The notes: a model not told the origin generated them from the letters alone. A DNA stretch of 64,000 nucleotides from a virus (IMGVR_UViG_3300020148_000032), one strand, 5' to 3'. Positions 18,822 to 29,235 are shown, counted from the stretch's first letter. A program made the numbers and translations.

Positions 18822-19610
18822 TTAAAATTGGTAAATACTTTCTGGATTTGAAAGATATTCTTGAGTAAAGACAATACAATTAGCATCTGTACCGTAGTTA
18901 CCCTCGTGAAGACCAATGACATGACCATATTCAGTCCTTCTCGTGAAGCGAGAATGATAATGACCATGTACAAGAAAGGTTGGCTTCACTGCGTGAAAAA
19001 CAGCGTCAAGGTTACGGCGATGAAGAGCGCTCTTATCAATGTTCTCTTTACCGAATAAACTAATCCCTCTCAGTTGGCTCCTTATCTCATCAGTGACAGG
19101 ATTAGGGCAACTTGCTGGAGAGTCATGCATAAGCATAAGCTTGATATCTTTACCTTTAGAATTCTCTATCGAAAGGGCTAATTCCTCAGGGGTAACCCAT
19201 TCTTCAATAAACCAATCTCTTCTGTCAGTTCTCATATTCTTATCAACAGAATATGCGCCACCTAGAGCAAGAACATCATGTTCTCCCCACTTGAAAACGA
19301 GACCTCTAGGTAGGTGAATGATGTTACTTCTTAAAGTTCTAGTGCCATCTTCATTAAGAGGGTAGCGGTAAAGATACTCGAAGTTTTCATGGTTACCATC
19401 AACGAAGTAAATAGTGATGCCAGACTTCTTAGCGGTCCAGTTCAAACCTTTGAGGTACTTTTCATATGAAGGGTACACACCAAAGTCTCCAACATGGAAA
19501 ATCGTTGTGATTCCTTCATTAACAGCTTTTTGAATAGCCTGTTTACCTTGAAAAAGAACTCCATGCCAGTCTCCAGCAATAAGAACTTTCTCATCATGTA
19601 TAGTGAACAC
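18822..19610 (-). CDS. Calcineurin-like metallophosphoesterase
   Basis: GDWHG, GDFG, DGNHE, HDSP, HGHYH; GTG start after AGGAGG. Confidence 0.88.
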   Translation of the reverse strand: MFTIHDEKVLIAGDWHGVLFQGKQAIQKAVNEGITTIFHVGDFGVYPSYEKYLKGLNWTAKKSGITIYFVDGNHENFEYLYRYPLNEDGTRTLRSNIIHLPRGLVFKWGEHDVLALGGAYSVDKNMRTDRRDWFIEEWVTPEELALSIENSKGKDIKLMLMHDSPASCPNPVTDEIRSQLRGISLFGKENIDKSALHRRNLDAVFHAVKPTFLVHGHYHSRFTRRTEYGHVIGLHEGNYGTDANCIVFTQEYLSNPESIYQF

Positions 19611-19659
19611 AATAGACCTCCTTATTGTATTGTAACACAAAAGGGTCTATAAAGTAAAC

Positions 19660-20835
19660 TTACTCTTTATAGAATTTTGCTCCTGATAAGAATCCATCAC
19701 CGCGCTCAGTAGTATCAACAAAGAACTTGTAACCTTCGATTGATCTGAGTTCTCCCTTATTAGTAACGTGGCGAATGTCAGAATACTCGTTACCTTTAGA
19801 GTCATGTAATGCATCATAAGTGTCATAAGAGTTCCAACCAGTAATTCTTCTTACTACTTCATCAGTTCCATTCTCTATTTTTACCCATAAATTCTTAATG
19901 TTACCTGACGAGTCAGTGATAAGATCGCTCCCTTTAATTTCGTGAACATAAATTGGTTTCCCTGGACGTTCCATATTAAATTTATATGGTTTAGCTTTTT
20001 CTCTCCACTCGATTTGCTCTTGTACTTTTTTTATGAATTCTCTATTTTTGAGACCTTCAGAAATAAGATTATTAGCTTTTTGGGTATACTCATCATATTC
20101 TTTCTTTTCTCTTAAAGAAATTTTATGTTCTTCTTTTAAGAAAGAAATATTTTGATTAGTTTTCTCAATAAGATCGGAACCTTTTCTGGATACAAAGAAG
20201 TCATCTAATACTTTCTTCATAAACTCTTTCTGTTCCTGATTTTCTAGTTCTGGAGTAAGTTTCTCTTTAGTAATCTCACTGTTAATAAACTCTTGCTTTT
20301 TATCTCTTAATGGAGTAAAGAAATGCTGAGCCCATATTTTAGGTAAACCTTGTTGCCGAGCGTATGCTTCTAGGGCATCAATAGTTTGATCGTATTCTCT
20401 ATTCTCTTTAGCTCTATACATTGCTAAATCAAATTTTTCAGGATCTTTATAATGATGTTTAAGGTAAAACCTTGCATTCCATTCAGATATTTTTTCGTAA
20501 AGAGAGAAGTATTCATCAGATATTTTTTCTTCTTTTGATTTAAGCCTTTGGATAAAAGTTTTAAGTTCATTTTCGTTAAGTTCAAAAAGTTTTTCAAAAT
20601 CTGGCTCATCAGAATTATCCCATTCGGAATTTATGAGTTCTACTTGAATGTGACTAGTGCTTGTATAGACTTTTTGTTTTGGAAGGGGGACAAGGACATC
20701 CGAGTACTTTTCTTCTATATGTTTTTGGGCTTCTTCTTTACTTTTAAAGTGCTCGTTATTAGACCCTAGTGGGCAATTATTGTCTTTTGCGCGACAGATT
20801 GCTGGTACACCTTTTTTGTTAATATGATATGTCAT
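19660..20835 (-). CDS. HCCH-tagged coiled-coil hypothetical protein
   Basis: YHINKKGVPAICRAKDNNCPLGSNNEHFKSKEEA; GTTAGATAA at 20857-20865. Confidence 0.8.
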   Translation of the reverse strand: MTYHINKKGVPAICRAKDNNCPLGSNNEHFKSKEEAQKHIEEKYSDVLVPLPKQKVYTSTSHIQVELINSEWDNSDEPDFEKLFELNENELKTFIQRLKSKEEKISDEYFSLYEKISEWNARFYLKHHYKDPEKFDLAMYRAKENREYDQTIDALEAYARQQGLPKIWAQHFFTPLRDKKQEFINSEITKEKLTPELENQEQKEFMKKVLDDFFVSRKGSDLIEKTNQNISFLKEEHKISLREKKEYDEYTQKANNLISEGLKNREFIKKVQEQIEWREKAKPYKFNMERPGKPIYVHEIKGSDLITDSSGNIKNLWVKIENGTDEVVRRITGWNSYDTYDALHDSKGNEYSDIRHVTNKGELRSIEGYKFFVDTTERGDGFLSGAKFYKE

Positions 20836-20873
20836 AGAAACTCCTTCGATATGAACTTATCTAACTTATTGGG

Positions 20874-21008
20874 TTACCCTATCTTTCTTTTTTTAGGTTC
20901 TCCGAATCTCTCAATATACTCTTCATATATTGCTTGCATTTGCTCTTCAGTGAGTTCAAACCATTCTTCAGGAATTTCTTTTAATAATTCATTAAGCTTT
21001 TTATTCAC
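20874..21008 (-). CDS. Small hypothetical protein (44 aa)
   Basis: GTG start, MNKKLNELLKEIPEEWFELTEEQMQAIYEEYIERFGEPKKRKIG. Confidence 0.45.
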   Translation of the reverse strand: MNKKLNELLKEIPEEWFELTEEQMQAIYEEYIERFGEPKKRKIG

Positions 21009-21058
21009 GATAAAAACCTGCTTTCTTTAAGAATTATTATTATTTTATCGAGAATATG

Positions 21059-21108
21059 AAGAAACCCCTCAATACTTAGTGGTAGTGGATAATATTAAGG
21101 GGTTTCTT
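21059..21108. terminator. Intrinsic terminator hairpin
   Basis: aagaaacccct...aggggtttctt. Confidence 0.55.
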
Positions 21109-21315
21109 TTATAGAGAGTCAAATTCTTCTAATACTTCTTCTATTGACTCAAGCATTCTTTCTAGTTCTCTTACGCCTAACAATTCATGATTTTTTAATT
21201 GATAGTGTAAAGTTTGTAATAACTCTAGAAGGTTTTGTTTTTGTAAAAGCAATGTTTCCCTGTCTAAATCTTTTTCAAGTTTAACATTGCTCATTTCAAA
21301 ATATAATTCTGTCAA
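21109..21315 (-). CDS. Hypothetical protein
   Basis: 68-aa ORF with GGAG RBS. Confidence 0.5.
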   Translation of the reverse strand: MTELYFEMSNVKLEKDLDRETLLLQKQNLLELLQTLHYQLKNHELLGVRELERMLESIEEVLEEFDSL

Positions 21316-21373
21316 TCTTTAACTCCGTTATGCTTCAAGTGAAAATGAAATCAATATCGGAATTGCGAATGGT

Positions 21374-21748
21374 TTAAACGAATTCTAGTTGGGAAGAACT
21401 TATATTAATAGCTCGGGCGTTCTTTTGAAGATAAGCTCTTAGTGTAGAATTAGTTTTTCTCACTCTTTGTTCTGTTCGTAAGGCGTTTAATTCCTTAAAA
21501 GTTTCATTGACCTCTCGAGTAACTCTAGCGGCTTTAATAGCTTTAGTGTTATTCAAGCGGAGGTTTTGAATTCTTGAAGAAGCTCCTAATGTTTGAAATT
21601 GACCATATTGTTTAGAGGCGATATCTTCGTATGCTCGTCCTGCTTCTTGAATTGTCTCGTAGTGTTCTCCGCCTGCTGCTCCATAGGGACAATCGCGGAC
21701 TGTAGCCTTACATTCTTTAGGCCCGTCGTCAGTAATGTGAAACTTCAT
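21374..21748 (-). CDS. HCCH-tagged small protein
   Basis: FHITDDGPKECKATVRDCPYGAAGGEHYETIQEA; GTTAGAAAT at 21780-21788. Confidence 0.8.
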   Translation of the reverse strand: MKFHITDDGPKECKATVRDCPYGAAGGEHYETIQEAGRAYEDIASKQYGQFQTLGASSRIQNLRLNNTKAIKAARVTREVNETFKELNALRTEQRVRKTNSTLRAYLQKNARAINISSSQLEFV

Positions 21749-21805
21749 TGCAAATACTCCAAAAATAAGATTTAAAGTAATTTCTAACCAAAAATGATAA
21801 CAACT

Positions 21806-22237
21806 TTAAATATTCAAAAAGCGAAGCGCATCAAGACGCCAAGTAAGATATTTTTCAATAAGAAGAATAAAACCTTCGTCTTCTATTACATAAGTATTTC
21901 TTTCGGGGAAATCTCCGTCACCTAAATCTAAAACAACTTCGAGATTTTCCATAATATACACTTCTTTACCTAATAAAGAAAAACGAATATTATAGAGAGT
22001 TTCAGAATTATCTTTAATTCTAAAAACCGCACTTAATTCTTCAATAGTATAAAGAGAAATTTCATCGCCTGAAGTTAACCGTTTTCTTTCAGCTTCAATG
22101 TTCTTCTTTAACTCATCAAGAAATTCTTTTACAAGCTCGCTAGAAATTCTCATAAAGAACCCTTTCTTTGTAGATATTTTTAATATCATGAAAAGGTTAG
22201 GCTTGATAACCTGCCATACTTTGATCATATTTGTCAA
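21806..22237 (-). CDS. Hypothetical protein
   Basis: ORF; likely internal start MRIS. Confidence 0.5.
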   Translation of the reverse strand: MTNMIKVWQVIKPNLFMILKISTKKGFFMRISSELVKEFLDELKKNIEAERKRLTSGDEISLYTIEELSAVFRIKDNSETLYNIRFSLLGKEVYIMENLEVVLDLGDGDFPERNTYVIEDEGFILLIEKYLTWRLDALRFLNI

Positions 22238-22712
22238 AATAATCTTTATTCATATTGTTATTAACAATTGAGGATTCTACCCTGCTTGTTGTAATTTCAA
22301 GATCTGGATTATCGACTCCTATAAAAAGAGCTGAATCAGTAGGTTCGAGACGCACAATTCTCAATGAATTATACTTTTCAATTTTTCCGTCTTTTTTATG
22401 AACTGTAAGATTCCATACGTCATCTCCGTATTCAGTTTCAGCAACATATTGAAGAACATAAGTTGATCCACTCTTTGTAGAGAATGCTAGTCGATCACCT
22501 GGGCGAGCTGACCTATATTTAGCAGCATTAATAACTGGGAGCCTACTATAGAGAACATCCATTCTGTTCTCTCCATCCTGAATGGCTTCTTGAACATTAT
22601 CGAAATGTGTAGGAGCATCTGGGTCCATTCGAGAATATGGACATTGTCCATGTTCAGCTTTACAAATACCTACTTCTCCAGTATTGGGATTAACATGAAA
22701 TACTTTATCCAT
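22197..22712 (-). CDS. HCCH-tagged hypothetical protein
   Basis: MDKVFHVNPNTGEVGICKAEHGQCPY...THF; TAATG coupling to upstream tagged gene. Confidence 0.78.
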   Translation of the reverse strand: MDKVFHVNPNTGEVGICKAEHGQCPYSRMDPDAPTHFDNVQEAIQDGENRMDVLYSRLPVINAAKYRSARPGDRLAFSTKSGSTYVLQYVAETEYGDDVWNLTVHKKDGKIEKYNSLRIVRLEPTDSALFIGVDNPDLEITTSRVESSIVNNNMNKDYFDKYDQSMAGYQA

Positions 22713-23407
22713 TATCTGTTCATCCAATCATCCGCATCTTCATATTCATATGGATCCTCATCATCCCAATAATCTTCCTCTTCCTCTTCATAATAATCAC
22801 CAGTAGGAATTGAAAGATTACCAATGAGAATATCCCCATCTTCAGTTCGAGTAAGTCGAGTATTCTCGCTAAAAGTAACAAAAGATCCTAAATCGTCAAT
22901 ATCTGTTTCTTTAAGCCCTTGGGCTTTCAATAATTCTACATCAACTACACCAATCATTCCTGAGTCAACTCCATAAACTCGACCTTTTTGATCAGTATAT
23001 TCACCATCACCATATTGTGTACTTAAACCTATGACAAGATGATTATCAATAGTTCCAGCAGCAATGACTTCTCTTTCTTTATAAGTAGCATTAACCCACC
23101 TTTGCCATACAGTACCCACATCTTTTACCGCATAACATGGGTCACCTACAAAGTAACGACCTGCTGGAATGTTAATGGCTGTACCGGCTGATGAGTACAT
23201 TGATTTGTCAACTTCTTTTACTTCAGCAGTATTTGGATCATATTTTTTCACTTTATTGAAAGAAGGTTGTTGTCTTTTCTCGAATGATGCGCGAGCTTCT
23301 TCTTTAGATTCAAAATGATTCTCGGCTCCACCATGAGGGCAAGGTTTCTTGTTAGCTCTACAGATACCTGGATTCCCAGTTTCCGGGTTAATGTGATAAA
23401 CAGTCAT
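22712..23407 (-). CDS. HCCH-tagged DUF4241-like protein
   Basis: Tag; GDPCY, YGDGEY, GVDSGMIG; acidic tail; GTTAGAAAA at 23439-23447. Confidence 0.7.
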   Translation of the reverse strand: MTVYHINPETGNPGICRANKKPCPHGGAENHFESKEEARASFEKRQQPSFNKVKKYDPNTAEVKEVDKSMYSSAGTAINIPAGRYFVGDPCYAVKDVGTVWQRWVNATYKEREVIAAGTIDNHLVIGLSTQYGDGEYTDQKGRVYGVDSGMIGVVDVELLKAQGLKETDIDDLGSFVTFSENTRLTRTEDGDILIGNLSIPTGDYYEEEEEDYWDDEDPYEYEDADDWMNR

Positions 23408-23442
23408 AGAAATAATCCTTAGTTATGTTGTTTTCACTTTTT

Positions 23443-24306
23443 CTAACGATTTTTAGAAAGTTTACGTTCAGATTCGAGAACTAATTCTTCTAACTGTTTA
23501 ACAGCCCCATGGTTAAAATCTTTAGGATTTAATTGATAAAGGTTATCAAAACCCTCAAGTCTTTTTATTAAGAACTCGTGGTAGAAGTTTTCATAATCTT
23601 TTTTGCGAATAAATGGGTAATGAGTGCTATAAATAGCAAGAACGATTGATTGAATGATTGCAAAAAACGCACCTTCCGCCTCATCAGATATTTCATAGAT
23701 ATCATCAGTGTCAAACTCATCATTAATTCTTGCAAGTGGGTTCTGAACAAGTCCAGTCTGAACTAAATTTGTATGGTGTGCAATATATAATTCCATTACT
23801 AGCTTTTGAAGTACATATTTTTGTAAGGGAAGCATGCGCTTTGATTTAAGAGTAAGGTTAAATTTTCTTGTTTCTCCATAAGAGTAAAAAGAACGCATAG
23901 AATATGGAGCTATTTGCTGAAAGCCTCCTAAAACAAGTGCGACAGAATTATCCCTCTCATCGTACATTTCTCCAATTTCTCTATCAACATCTTTACAAGT
24001 TTGAAGGAATTCTGGGGTCATTTCACCTTCAAGTTCTACATTAATGTTCTTTAAGTCAAGACTTTCAACAAAGACTGGAGCTTTTCCATCCTTCTCTCTA
24101 AAATAACCATTCTTTTGAGGAGCAAAATCTGCAAGTAACTCTAAGGTTTCAGGAGTATTTAATTCTGCTGACCATTGTTCAAAGTTATTTAAGTTAGACT
24201 TCTTTATTTTTGGATACTTAAAATATTGGTATGCGCTAAAGAACCCTAACACAATAATTCCCAAAGCAGTTATATATGAGAGAAGTAAACCCAATCCATC
24301 GTCCAT
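23443..24306 (-). CDS. Membrane-anchored hypothetical protein
   Basis: N-terminal hydrophobic helix. Confidence 0.6.
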   Translation of the reverse strand: MDDGLGLLLSYITALGIIVLGFFSAYQYFKYPKIKKSNLNNFEQWSAELNTPETLELLADFAPQKNGYFREKDGKAPVFVESLDLKNINVELEGEMTPEFLQTCKDVDREIGEMYDERDNSVALVLGGFQQIAPYSMRSFYSYGETRKFNLTLKSKRMLPLQKYVLQKLVMELYIAHHTNLVQTGLVQNPLARINDEFDTDDIYEISDEAEGAFFAIIQSIVLAIYSTHYPFIRKKDYENFYHEFLIKRLEGFDNLYQLNPKDFNHGAVKQLEELVLESERKLSKNR

Positions 24307-25674
24307 TTATGACAAACCTTTTCCTAGTAAGAGAGACTTAATTGAATCAGTAAAGGTACTTGATACCCGATTCTTCCTTTCATCTATTCCAATGAGATTA
24401 ATTACCATTTGAGAAGGAAGACCTTCAAAAGATTCAAGATCATCTAAAGCTTTCTCCCATTGACTTTTATTTGGGCAAAATTGTGTATCTTCAACTAAAA
24501 AACTCGACAAGATTTTAACAAAACTTTTTGCTTTATTCTTCTCTAGAATACTAATAATAAAATCATTTACATTGTCTTCTGATTTAGCACAAATCCAAGA
24601 ACCTGGTTTTAAAACAGCTGAAATTAAAGAAAGTATTTCTTTAGAATTAAGATCATTCTCATTATCTTCTAACCATTGAAGAATAATTTTTAATTTGTCA
24701 ATTTCTTTTACCATTATTGATGTAGAAGGAAGATTCCCAATAAGAGAAAAAACAAGTGGAATAAAATACTCGTTCTTCTCAAAAGCATTTTCCTTTATTA
24801 CTGATTTAAGAATCATTTTTACATAGCTGTTCATAATGACATTGTAATTATCCGTTTTTGATAAAGAATTATTCACAGTATAGAAAGTTTTAACAGATCT
24901 TTTTGAAGAACGAATATTATGGAGAGTATTGTCAGAAAGAAGAGCTCTTAACTCTTTCTGATTTAATGAAAAAAAGAATTCTTCAATTTTGTTATTATAA
25001 GCAAGATTAAGAAAAATAGTTTTGGTATTGTCTTCAAATCGGGTTAATAGGTTTGGAGTATGAGGGTATGCTTTAAGGAGAGAGAAATCAGAATAGAATT
25101 TTTCTAAATCTCCGTCATCTCTTAATTTATTAAAAAAATCTCCATATTTTTCTATGCCTTTAGAATCATGTAAATATTCATTCATTGCATATAAAGTATA
25201 AAGGAACCAATAATCAAGATCTTTCGAAGATTCTGGGGTAAGAGTAAAACGAACATCAAGAATATAAGAAATATTATATGTAGGAGAGTTCTTAGTCGCT
25301 ATTGCAGCATTAATTTTACTTCCAATAAATTGATCATTCATCAAACTTTTGACACTATTAACATACTCGTCTAAAGTGAAAGAATTAGGTAGCCCTTTAT
25401 AATACTGATGAATATTATTATAAAGATTAGTCTCGCTCTCATAAGTGATCGCTTTATCGTGAAGATAAGTGTTTAGGGTATCGTCTATGTTATAGAGATT
25501 TCGATTTTTATATGAAATAACCGTACCTCCCCAAGAAGAAACGGGAGGAGAAATATTTTTCGGAATAAGACTAAGATCTGGATGCTTCTCTAAAACACCT
25601 TTAGGGAATTGATCTGGAATCAAACGTCGCATATAATGCGGATCGTTGGCATTAAACATTCTTACTCCTACCAC
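24307..25674 (-). CDS. Hypothetical protein
   Basis: 455-aa ORF. Confidence 0.65.
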   Translation of the reverse strand: MVGVRMFNANDPHYMRRLIPDQFPKGVLEKHPDLSLIPKNISPPVSSWGGTVISYKNRNLYNIDDTLNTYLHDKAITYESETNLYNNIHQYYKGLPNSFTLDEYVNSVKSLMNDQFIGSKINAAIATKNSPTYNISYILDVRFTLTPESSKDLDYWFLYTLYAMNEYLHDSKGIEKYGDFFNKLRDDGDLEKFYSDFSLLKAYPHTPNLLTRFEDNTKTIFLNLAYNNKIEEFFFSLNQKELRALLSDNTLHNIRSSKRSVKTFYTVNNSLSKTDNYNVIMNSYVKMILKSVIKENAFEKNEYFIPLVFSLIGNLPSTSIMVKEIDKLKIILQWLEDNENDLNSKEILSLISAVLKPGSWICAKSEDNVNDFIISILEKNKAKSFVKILSSFLVEDTQFCPNKSQWEKALDDLESFEGLPSQMVINLIGIDERKNRVSSTFTDSIKSLLLGKGLS

Positions 25675-25709
25675 TTTGATAGGATTTTATCAAACTCTTA
25701 TATTGATTG

Positions 25710-27116
25710 TCAACCCTCTAGAATACGAACTCTAGTAATAATAGTTTGGTCAACACCATTATATTCTCCATGGTATTTTACTGAACCAGAACTAACTGTA
25801 ATCTCGTCACCTGGCTTATAATCAAGTTCTTTATTTGCCCACCACACTATCTGGTGACCTTCCTCATCTTTCATGATCATTTGTGAAGCATTATGATCAT
25901 TGTCATAATAACCATAACCTGCTTGTAGTCGAACTTTATTTTCCATTACAGTAAACTTTGTACCTTTTGGAATTTTTTCTTTAGGAGTTAAATAATGACC
26001 GTGAGTGAATGTCTCACCTTTTTTCTTGCGAGCCTCAGCAGCAGCAAGTTTCATTTCCTCACGATATGGACCAACAACGGCGCTGGCAAGAAGTCCAGTG
26101 TGCTTTGGAGAGAACCAATCACTTTTTGAAAGAGCCTGTAGGTTGGCTCCATAGTCTGATTGAGAATCAAGTGTATTAATGTATTCTTTAACTTTATCAA
26201 TCTCTCCGTTATTAGAATATTCTTGAGCTTTTGCGAACATTTCTTCACGCCAAGCTTGATCAACATTCCTACCACCGTAAAGAACATCCGCCACTAATTG
26301 TTTAGTAGGGACACCATCCCATGCAGAGGCAGACACATAAGCTTTACCCCCATTAGTAACAGCAAGTGATATTGCGAGAACGTCTTTTACTGGAAGGTGA
26401 TATGAATGGGCAGAGTCTTTAGAGAAAATGAGAGGATCACTATCATCTGTTTCTTTAGGAGTTGGATCAAATGTGAGAGACCATAAACCTTCAGGTTTAA
26501 TACCTAAGTATGATTGAACACAAGATGAACCAATCTGATGTAGTTTTCCATCGGGACCCTTAATAATGTAAGTTTTAGACCTTGGGCGAGAAATTCCACA
26601 ATGTTCACATTTAAGACTGTCAGGGCGCCAACCTTTAAGGTCAGTATTTTTAGCGGTACTCATGATCATACCGCCTTCTTCTTGATTAACGACAGCTTGG
26701 AAGGTGTAACCCTCTTGACCAATAAGAGGTTTGTTGAGAGTGAGGTCGTATACTTTTTTAGAAACTGGGAATAGCATTCCTTCTAATTGTGAGGTGACCA
26801 TTCGTTCAGAAACTTCATATTCGAAGCGTTCGCTGATACCAGCTTTTTCAAGTCGACGGTTAGCCTTCTCAATATTCTTTATTGCTTGAAAATAGCGAGA
26901 TTCGCTGTATGTGTATGTGTATTTTTCTTCAGGGTCTTCCTCTTGCTCTTCATCCCTAAGATATTCAGTGGGAAGGTTCTTATCTTTCATTGACTCTTCG
27001 TACATTTTCAATGTTTCATCGAAAGTGTCACCGTGTCCTTCTTCCCCATATCTGCAATGGCCGACTTCAGCACGGCAAATTCTTACTTCACCTTTAGGAT
27101 TAACGTGGTATCTCAT
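25710..27116 (-). CDS. HCCH-tagged phage protein with CxxC..C Zn motif and C-terminal OB-fold-like domain
   Basis: YHVNPKGEVRICRAEVGHCRYGEEGH; CEHCG..R.R..TY..QIGSSC; VKYHGEYNGVDQTIITRV; motif 27152-27160. Confidence 0.72.
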   Translation of the reverse strand: MRYHVNPKGEVRICRAEVGHCRYGEEGHGDTFDETLKMYEESMKDKNLPTEYLRDEEQEEDPEEKYTYTYSESRYFQAIKNIEKANRRLEKAGISERFEYEVSERMVTSQLEGMLFPVSKKVYDLTLNKPLIGQEGYTFQAVVNQEEGGMIMSTAKNTDLKGWRPDSLKCEHCGISRPRSKTYIIKGPDGKLHQIGSSCVQSYLGIKPEGLWSLTFDPTPKETDDSDPLIFSKDSAHSYHLPVKDVLAISLAVTNGGKAYVSASAWDGVPTKQLVADVLYGGRNVDQAWREEMFAKAQEYSNNGEIDKVKEYINTLDSQSDYGANLQALSKSDWFSPKHTGLLASAVVGPYREEMKLAAAEARKKKGETFTHGHYLTPKEKIPKGTKFTVMENKVRLQAGYGYYDNDHNASQMIMKDEEGHQIVWWANKELDYKPGDEITVSSGSVKYHGEYNGVDQTIITRVRILEG

Positions 27117-27165
27117 TATTTCACCTTCTTTTAAAGAACCAATATACAGTTTTTTCTAAAACACT

Positions 27166-28047
27166 TTAGTGGAACAAAAGGTAATTTGTAGCATCTATCC
27201 CGGCTTTAGCTCCATCGCCAGCAGCTATAATAACTTGTCGATATTCTGGGTTCTTAACGTCGCCCGCTACAAAGAACCCATCCACAACAGGAGCGTCTAT
27301 AAACCCGTCAGACTGCAGCCTAGCGATAGTCTCCGCGACCTTAGAATTAGGTGTTTGACCAACAGCTATAAAACAACCATTAACGGTAAATTCTTCCCCA
27401 TTGTTTGTTAAGACTGATTCAAGATTACCATCTAAACCCTTAAATTCTTTGACTTCAGTATTAAAATGAACAATAATGTTCTCTTTAGAATTCACTTTTT
27501 CGACTGCAGCACGAGAGGCTCTCCATTCTTCTTTCCGAATGAAAACGTGTACTTTGCTTGCGAGTTGACTAAGGTAAAGAGCCTCCTCAGCGGCAGTCTC
27601 ACCACCACCAACAAGAATCACTTCCTCATCTTGGAAGAACATTCCATCACAAGTCGCACAGTATGATACTCCAGAAAGCTCTTCACCTGGTTTGTTTAGT
27701 TTTTTAGGAGTGCTACCAGTTGCATAAATAACTGCTTTAGCAAGATGTTGTTTTTTCTCGCCCTCCATAGTAATAGTAAAGAAACCAGATTGTTCTTTCA
27801 CTATTTCTTTTACATCACCACGGTAGAATTCACCGCCCAATTCTTTTACATGTTCAGTAAACTTATTAGCCATCTCAATACCTTCAGTACCAAGTAGACC
27901 TAAATAATTGTCGATGACTTCAGTAGTTGTTACTAAACCACCTGGCATTGAACCTTCGATAATAAGAGTGGAAAGGTTTGCTCGTAAAGTGTAAACGGCG
28001 GCGCTTAAACCAGCTGGTCCACTACCAATAATAATAATGTCGTACAT
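27166..28047 (-). CDS. trxB: Thioredoxin reductase
   Basis: GSGPAG, IYATG, SYCATCDG, VGGGETA, AGDV. Confidence 0.9.
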   Translation of the reverse strand: MYDIIIIGSGPAGLSAAVYTLRANLSTLIIEGSMPGGLVTTTEVIDNYLGLLGTEGIEMANKFTEHVKELGGEFYRGDVKEIVKEQSGFFTITMEGEKKQHLAKAVIYATGSTPKKLNKPGEELSGVSYCATCDGMFFQDEEVILVGGGETAAEEALYLSQLASKVHVFIRKEEWRASRAAVEKVNSKENIIVHFNTEVKEFKGLDGNLESVLTNNGEEFTVNGCFIAVGQTPNSKVAETIARLQSDGFIDAPVVDGFFVAGDVKNPEYRQVIIAAGDGAKAGIDATNYLLFH

Positions 28048-28089
28048 GTAAAAATCCTCTAAATAAAGTGTTCTTATCTTACCAATTAA

Positions 28090-28875
28090 TTATTTTAATG
28101 ACTTGAAAACAAATGCGCGGTCATTAAGGAAATTAAATAATTCTTCATCTCTCAAATCTTTTTTAATCACTTGAAAATTAATTTCTTTAAGAGAATTAAA
28201 GAATAGATCTCTTTCTTCGGGAGAGAATCTCACATCAAAATCTAAACCTTGATCTATTGCTCTGTTCCCAAGAATGAGTGTTCTATAACATGACTTGATT
28301 GACTTTAATTCCCTTTTATTAGTTAATTCTTTATCTTTCATTCTTCGAAGTGTAGAAAGGGTGAACGAAATTGCTTTATCATGATACTCATAAGGAGAAT
28401 ATCGAAAATTCTGCAAGAAGTCTTGATACTTAGTGTCAGAATATTGTAGAGTGTGAGAATAAAGTAGGTCGATTTCTGGAAGAGAAGTATCAAAAAGTCT
28501 TCTTACATAATGAAATACTGGATACACTCTTAAATCATATTCATCATTGATGTACTGCTTATCATTAGACTTCCCTTCAATAATGATAGATAAGTCAATG
28601 TCGCTTGTTGGAAGAGATAAACCATACATGTGACTTCCAGAATAACCATAAGATTGAACGTCTCTTACTGACGGGTGTTCTCTAATAGCTTTAGCAAAAA
28701 TTTCTGGAAGGTTTTCTTTTTTAGTAATAGATTCAATAGCCATTGTTTGCATGACTTTTTCGTATGTCTCTCTTGCTTTTTCTGGAGTATCTTCGTGTAT
28801 GAAACTATATTTGCAAGCTCTAGTTGTTGCCTGACATGGTTTAACTTCACCATTTTTAGTAACGTGATACTTCAT
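28090..28875 (-). CDS. HCCH-tagged Pol-beta-superfamily nucleotidyltransferase
   Basis: YHVTKNGEVKPCQATTRACKYSFIH; GSHMYGLSLPTSDID; TTTAGAGAA at 28894-28902. Confidence 0.78.
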   Translation of the reverse strand: MKYHVTKNGEVKPCQATTRACKYSFIHEDTPEKARETYEKVMQTMAIESITKKENLPEIFAKAIREHPSVRDVQSYGYSGSHMYGLSLPTSDIDLSIIIEGKSNDKQYINDEYDLRVYPVFHYVRRLFDTSLPEIDLLYSHTLQYSDTKYQDFLQNFRYSPYEYHDKAISFTLSTLRRMKDKELTNKRELKSIKSCYRTLILGNRAIDQGLDFDVRFSPEERDLFFNSLKEINFQVIKKDLRDEELFNFLNDRAFVFKSLK

Positions 28876-28899
28876 GAGTTTCCTTTTTTAACCTTCTCT

Positions 28900-28965
28900 A
28901 AAAAGAATTAGACGCGAGGCCCCTTGGAGGATAGCGATAAGGAAGAACGTTGGGGCCCCGCGTAT
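28900..28965 (-). ncRNA. Candidate small RNA: 12-bp GC stem with C/U-rich loop
   Basis: Minus strand ACGCGGGGCCCC-(28-nt loop with CUUCCUU, CCUCC)-GGGGCCUCGCGU then U-tract; TATAAT just upstream. Confidence 0.4.
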
Positions 28966-29037
28966 AAAAATATTATAACTAAAATTTTATTAGCTTTTGT
29001 CAAAAGTGATAAATATTGCTTCTTTCAAAGAAGTGTC

Positions 29038-29235
29038 TTATTTTGAGAATTCTTCAACAAACTCCCAAAAAGGTTTATCCCTATAAACAGTAAATCCTGC
29101 TCCTTCGACGGTAATCATTTTTTCAGCCATAGCATTAATGTCATAATCCTTTACTGACAAGTGAGCCTTATTAAGAGGAATAACAATCTCTTCCTCAATA
29201 GCGTCTTCAAAACTAGAATAAGTCTTCTTAATCAT
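29038..29235 (-). CDS. Hypothetical protein
   Basis: GGAAGG RBS; TTTAGATAA motif at 29295-29303. Confidence 0.55.
   Translation of the reverse strand: MIKKTYSSFEDAIEEEIVIPLNKAHLSVKDYDINAMAEKMITVEGAGFTVYRDKPFWEFVEEFSK

Noticed and set aside
29038-29235. TYSSFEDAIEE resembling the tag's C-terminal helix, with TTTAGATAA upstream
   Set aside because: No His/Cys ligands; similarity too short to count as a tag copy.
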